DNA of 64,000 bases from NCBI GenBank assembly GCA_002269645.1, contig NIVC01000099.1, positions 186,001 through 250,000 on the forward strand, written 5' to 3'. Shown one piece after another: positions 59,870 through 64,000 of this stretch. Under the pieces are notes generated by a model. That model was not told the DNA's origin. It made no database searches and saw nothing but the letters and a program-made list of their open reading frames with translations. The stretch comes from Macrostomum lignano. Its lineage: Eukaryota. A program made the translations under genes and the position numbers. Positions within the stretch are counted from its first letter, which is position 1; every line of letters begins with the position of its first letter.

Positions 59870-61020
59870 GCCTTCAAAAAAGTGCGGGCCTTTAAGAAGC
59901 GGTCGCTTATCCTGCACTCTGACCTCTGCCTCAAGGCTCTCGAGGAGTATAAGGTGTTCAGCCTCGACACGAGGCGAGTGACAGCTGGAGCGATTCTGAA
60001 GTCCACTGTTACACTGACGGCTCTATGAGGCATGGTCTTTCAGGCTTCGGAGCTTGCGTCTTCTTCAAGGTAGAAGTGTGGTGTGGAGCTACTCCCAGCA
60101 CACTGGGCTCAACTGCAGTGTTTTTCAGAGCGAGGTGCTTGCCATCAGCTCTTGCGCGGCAGAGCTGCGCCGAAGGCAGCTTAGCGGTCGGAAATTTATT
60201 TTTCACTCTGACAGCCAAGCAGCCCTTCGGGCCCTCTGCCGCTGCACCACCAGCTCCAGGTCCGTCCTGGACTGCAACACCCAGCTCAACGGGCTTGCGC
60301 TAGGCAACCAGGTGGAGCTCAGATGGATCCCGGGCCACGCCGGCTTCCTCGGCAACGAGCGCGCTGACCTGCTGGCCAAGGCTGGCTCCGCCGGCGCGCT
60401 GCTGGGGCCGGGCCCGGGAGCCCCCATCCCCGCCTCGGTGATCAACTCCCGCGTTAAGCGCTGGACTGACTCCGAGCATCTCCGCAGGTGGCACGACACC
60501 CGGAATTGTAGGCAATCCCGTGCGACCGTCCCCTGCCCCTCTCCTCTCCTGCGTAGAGCCCTCAGGCTCAACCGCAGAGACCTCAGAGCAGTCAGCAATC
60601 AGCATGGCCCTCTCCGGGCATGGCTGCTTCTCTCGCCACCGCTTCCTTCAGGGCCAAGTACCCGAGGAGCGGTGCCCCTTCTGCCGCTCAGGCAGTGAAA
60701 ACGCCGAGTATTTTATCTGCCACTGCCCGGTTTTCACCAGGGCCAGGCTTACTCACCTCGGGCCAAACCCGGTTCTCTCCGACGTTTGCAGGCCCGAGAG
60801 CATCCCGCTGCTCGCCCGGTACCTCAGGGACACCGGACGAGCTGATTTCTTCCCCACCGTCGGTGAGGAGGACCGCGCTGCAGGCGAGACCGACGGGTCC
60901 CCCTGAGCGACACCACTTCAACGGAAGTCATTGGTCGCCAGGGGCTAGCGGAATGGGCGGTCTCCTCCGCCTCCTCGCTGCATCCACCGGACGCCCCCTG
61001 CAGCTAAGTCAAGTAAGTCT
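59870..61020 (+). mobile_element. 5'-truncated, frameshifted non-LTR retrotransposon (I-group-like: RNase H plus C-terminal CCHC knuckle)
   Basis: RNase H catalytic motifs are spread over two frames: HCYTDGS (from 60001), then SVFQSEVLAI, HSDSQAAL and WIPGHAGFLGNERADLLAK (ORF 60054-60698). A further frameshift leads to ALSGHG...CPFCRSGSENAEYFICHCP (60520-60906). A structured 3' UTR and a short (AAGT/AAGTC) repeat tail follow near 61005-61019. No RT domain is present; the 5' boundary is approximate. Confidence 0.85.
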
Positions 61021-61186
61021 TTGTAAAGTTCAATAGCTACATGACTCGATTTCTACGCTCGCAGCTGTCTATGGTAAATCCCTCGGGGGCATCTGCAAAG
61101 TCCGCAAGCAAGTCGGGTCCCACACTGCAGGCTGTTTGCATTATCTGGCACGAATAGACTTTGCACTCGATTAGAACGCGCAGCCG

Positions 61187-63962
61187 ATGTCGGACCTCGA
61201 GTTCCCCAGGTGGGGCCACATCTCGGTCGGCTCCGAGGCCGCCGAGTCCGCCGCTGCCTTGGAGCCTGCCGCGGGCGCCGCCGGGCCGCTCGAGCTGAGC
61301 TTTCACACGTCGGACATGAGCACCCGCGGCAGCAGCAGCAGCGGCAGCGGCAGGACTGTGGTTCAGCAGCTCGTCACCGTCACCGACTCCGCCAGCTCCG
61401 GCGCCAGTTGCCCTAGCAACAATCGCCATAGCAATGCCAATAGTAACCGGCTCCAGCCCGGTTTCCATAGCAACGCGGGTCGCCTCCCGGAGCCGGTCAC
61501 TTCGTCGACGGACGAATCGACGATCGCCTTCCGCCTGCCGGTGACGGACCTGCGCGATGTCGATGACTCGACTCCGACGTCGACTTCCAATTATCAGGCC
61601 GCTGCTGTCGAACCGCCTGTGCAGCCTTCGAGAGCCGCTCCGGTGGCGCAAGTCGGTCAGCCGTCGGATCGCACCGCGCCAGCCCTGGCCGTCGCCGGCC
61701 CCCTGCCGAGCGGTCGCTGCACGGCGGTTGCCGAGTTTCACAAAAACTGGTCGAGTCGTGAGTTGCTCTCGGGATTGTTCCAGAAACAGACTTTGGGGGC
61801 ATTTTCAGGGTGTCGCATGCGCTCTGTCTGCAGTAAGTGAAGCCTAGTGAGTAAACAACTGACGTTGAGTGAGACGGCCGGCCCAATACTGGCATCAAAC
61901 AGAGAAACCGCCCACTCTGCTAAGCCGACTTCCATTTTTTGACTTGATTGACATTCCATTTGGTCTCTAAAAAGTCTAAAAAGGCCCGCCTTGAAGACAG
62001 CAAAACTGCAAGATGGTCTATAAAGCCATGCGGCTTCCAACGCAAACACCTTCAATGCCTTTTTGCAGCCGAAGACCTCAGCCAGCAGTCGGCTTCGTCG
62101 CCCAGTCACTCGTCGCTGCAGCCGCGCGCCCAGCCCGTGCATTCCGTCCGTTTCGCCTTGGACAACATCGGCAGCCGCGCCGGCGGCGGCAGCAGCGGCG
62201 TCTTCCATCGGCCTCGGGGCGACTGCGGCAGAGCCGAGCTGCGCCGTCTGGCGCCTCGATTCCCGATCTGGAGCGAGGCCGGCGTCACCGACACAAACGT
62301 TGCCAACGCGTCGAAAGTTGCAACACCTCCGCCGCCGATGCCGAAAGCGGCCGCGCCCGCAGCCGCCGCTCCAGTCGCCTCCGCCAAGAAGGTTGACAAA
62401 GACAGGTCAACGGGCTCGCAGTCCTGCTGCAGCGACTGCTCGCCGCTTCGCGTCCTCGGCCTGATGGTCTATTACCTTACCATATGGGCCGTGAGCGCCG
62501 GCTTCACCTGGCTGCTGCTGGAGGCCTCCCTGATGCTCACCAGCCGGGGCAGCTTCCCCTATTACATGTCGCCGCACTCGTTCTGCCTCTCCAGCCCCAG
62601 CATCGGATTTCCGGGTGGCAACCCGGAGCCCGGCAAGGTCACCGAGTTCGAAAACCTGGCCAGTCTTAACCAGACTCTGCGCCAGAAATTGATAAGCAAT
62701 TTTTTACAGCCTGAAGCACCGAAGATGAGGCAGTGCGATGCTGGGAGCGAGGAGACTGTGGACTCAGACCTGCTCATGCAGCCCTGCAATCTGACGCTGT
62801 TTGCTCATGCTGCCATCAGCCAGGTTGAGACCCTGCTCAAGGACAGACCAGCTGTGTTCGTAAAGGTTAGAATCTTGATTAGACTACGGGAGCTTTCTTC
62901 CTATGAGCAGCCGCGGTTCTCTCAATAACAGCCTTTCTCCACTCCGTAAGCAACATCTCTTTACTAAGCAGCCTCTTCACTCCCTGAGCAGCCTCTTCAC
63001 TCCCTGAGCAGCCTCTTCACTCCCTGAGCAGCCTCTTCACTCCCTGAGCAGCCTCTTCACTCCCTGAGCAGCCTCTTCACTCCCTGAGCAGCCTCTTCAC
63101 TCCCTGAGCAGCCTCTTCACTCCCTGAGCAGCCTCTTCACTCCCTGAGCAGCCTCTTCACTCCCTGAGCAGCCTCTTCACTCCCTGAGCAGCCTCTTCAC
63201 TCCCTGAGCAGCCTCTTCACTCCCTGAGCAGCCTCTTCACTCCCTGAGCAGCCTCTTCACTCACTGAGCAGCCTCTTCACTCCCTGAGCAGCCTCTTCAC
63301 TCCCTGAGCAGCCTCTTCACTCCCTGAGCAGCCTCTTCACTCCCTGAGCAGCCTCTTCACTCCCTGAGCAGCCTCTTCACTCCCTGAGCAGCCTCTTCAC
63401 TCCCTGAGCAGCCTCTTCACTCCCTGAGCAGCCTCTTCACTCCCTGAGCAGCCTCTTCACTCCCTGAGCAGCCTCTTCACTCCCTGAGCAGCCTCTTCAC
63501 TCCCTGAGCAGCCTCTTCACTCCCTGAGCAGCTTCTTCACTCCCTGAGCAGCCTCTTCACTCCCTGAGCAGCCTCTTCACTCCCTGAGCAGCCTCTTCAC
63601 TCCCTGAGCAGCCTCTTTCTCCCCGCTGCAACTGGCAGATCAAGCGCCACCTGGGCTACCTGCCGGCCACCGGTGCTCACGTGACCATCACCTGCAAGGC
63701 CAGCACTTCAGCTGGCAGTGTCTCGTTGCGCTACTACAGCTGGAATGACAGCAAGTTGGTGGAGTCCGAGTCGTTTGGCAGCGTGCCAACTCTGTACTTC
63801 CCCATGCTGAGCCGGTGGCACAACGCGCCCGCCGTGCTGGTGTCGCTGGCCAAGGCCGACAGCTCCGTGTGGAGCGGCAAGGAGCTGAAGATCAACTGCC
63901 AGGCCTCTGACGGCGGGGACTCGAAGCCGCCTGAACGGGAGGTCATCCTGAAGATCGGGTAG
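61187..63962 (+). CDS. Divergent Na+/K+-ATPase beta-subunit-like (nervana-like) type II membrane protein with a long low-complexity N-terminus, ~563 aa
   Basis: Exons 61187-61757 (tentative, phase-1 junction matches), 62069-62865, 63639-63962. One TM (LRVLGLMVYYLTIWAVSAGFTWLLL), followed by beta-subunit-like motifs in canonical order: SPSIGFP, LISNFL, C...C, RPAVFVKIKRHLGYLP, VTITCKA, LYFPM, APAVLVSL, LKINCQA. Assignment is by motif recognition, not by database search. Confidence 0.68.
62967..63617. repeat. 20-nt minisatellite AGCAGCCTCTTCACTCCCTG
   Basis: About 32 almost identical copies filling most of the last intron of the beta-subunit-like gene. Confidence 0.97.
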
Positions 63963-64000
63963 CTGCCTGCATTCATTTTTTTAAATTGCCTCCAAAAATC

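Overview
Eukaryotic (metazoan) genomic DNA, not prokaryotic. I reconstructed five spliced genes by hand from GT-AG junctions with consistent phases, and all five are on the + strand: (1) the 3' part of an invertebrate cytoplasmic intermediate filament gene with a lamin-tail domain; (2) a 13-exon, ~1021-aa receptor with 5 CUB domains, an LDLa module, a TM helix and a PDZ-type tail (LEV-10/SOL-1/Neto-like architecture); (3) GBF1, an Arf-GEF with a Sec7 domain (16 coding exons, ~1997 aa); (4) cystinosin (4 exons, 424 aa); (5) a divergent Na,K-ATPase beta-subunit-like gene with a very long N-terminus. Mobile elements: two copies of a tRNA-derived SINE, a decayed 5'-truncated RNase H-containing non-LTR retrotransposon, and possible Helitron ends. 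Most large introns hold their own minisatellite, and these arrays explain most long ORFs in the supplied track. GC-rich codons, repeat-filled introns, TTAGGG tracts and splice acceptors abutting start codons fit a Macrostomum-like flatworm; this is inference, not shown by the sequence. The most notable observations: minisatellites built from, or complementary to, the host gene's own splice sites and exon sequence; a 3' stem-loop shared by the SINE and the LINE; a 2.1-kb stretch with no CpG and a TAGGCCTA cluster upstream of GBF1; and a possible SL trans-spliced co-oriented gene cluster. Exon coordinates are hand-counted; repeat boundaries and copy numbers are approximate.
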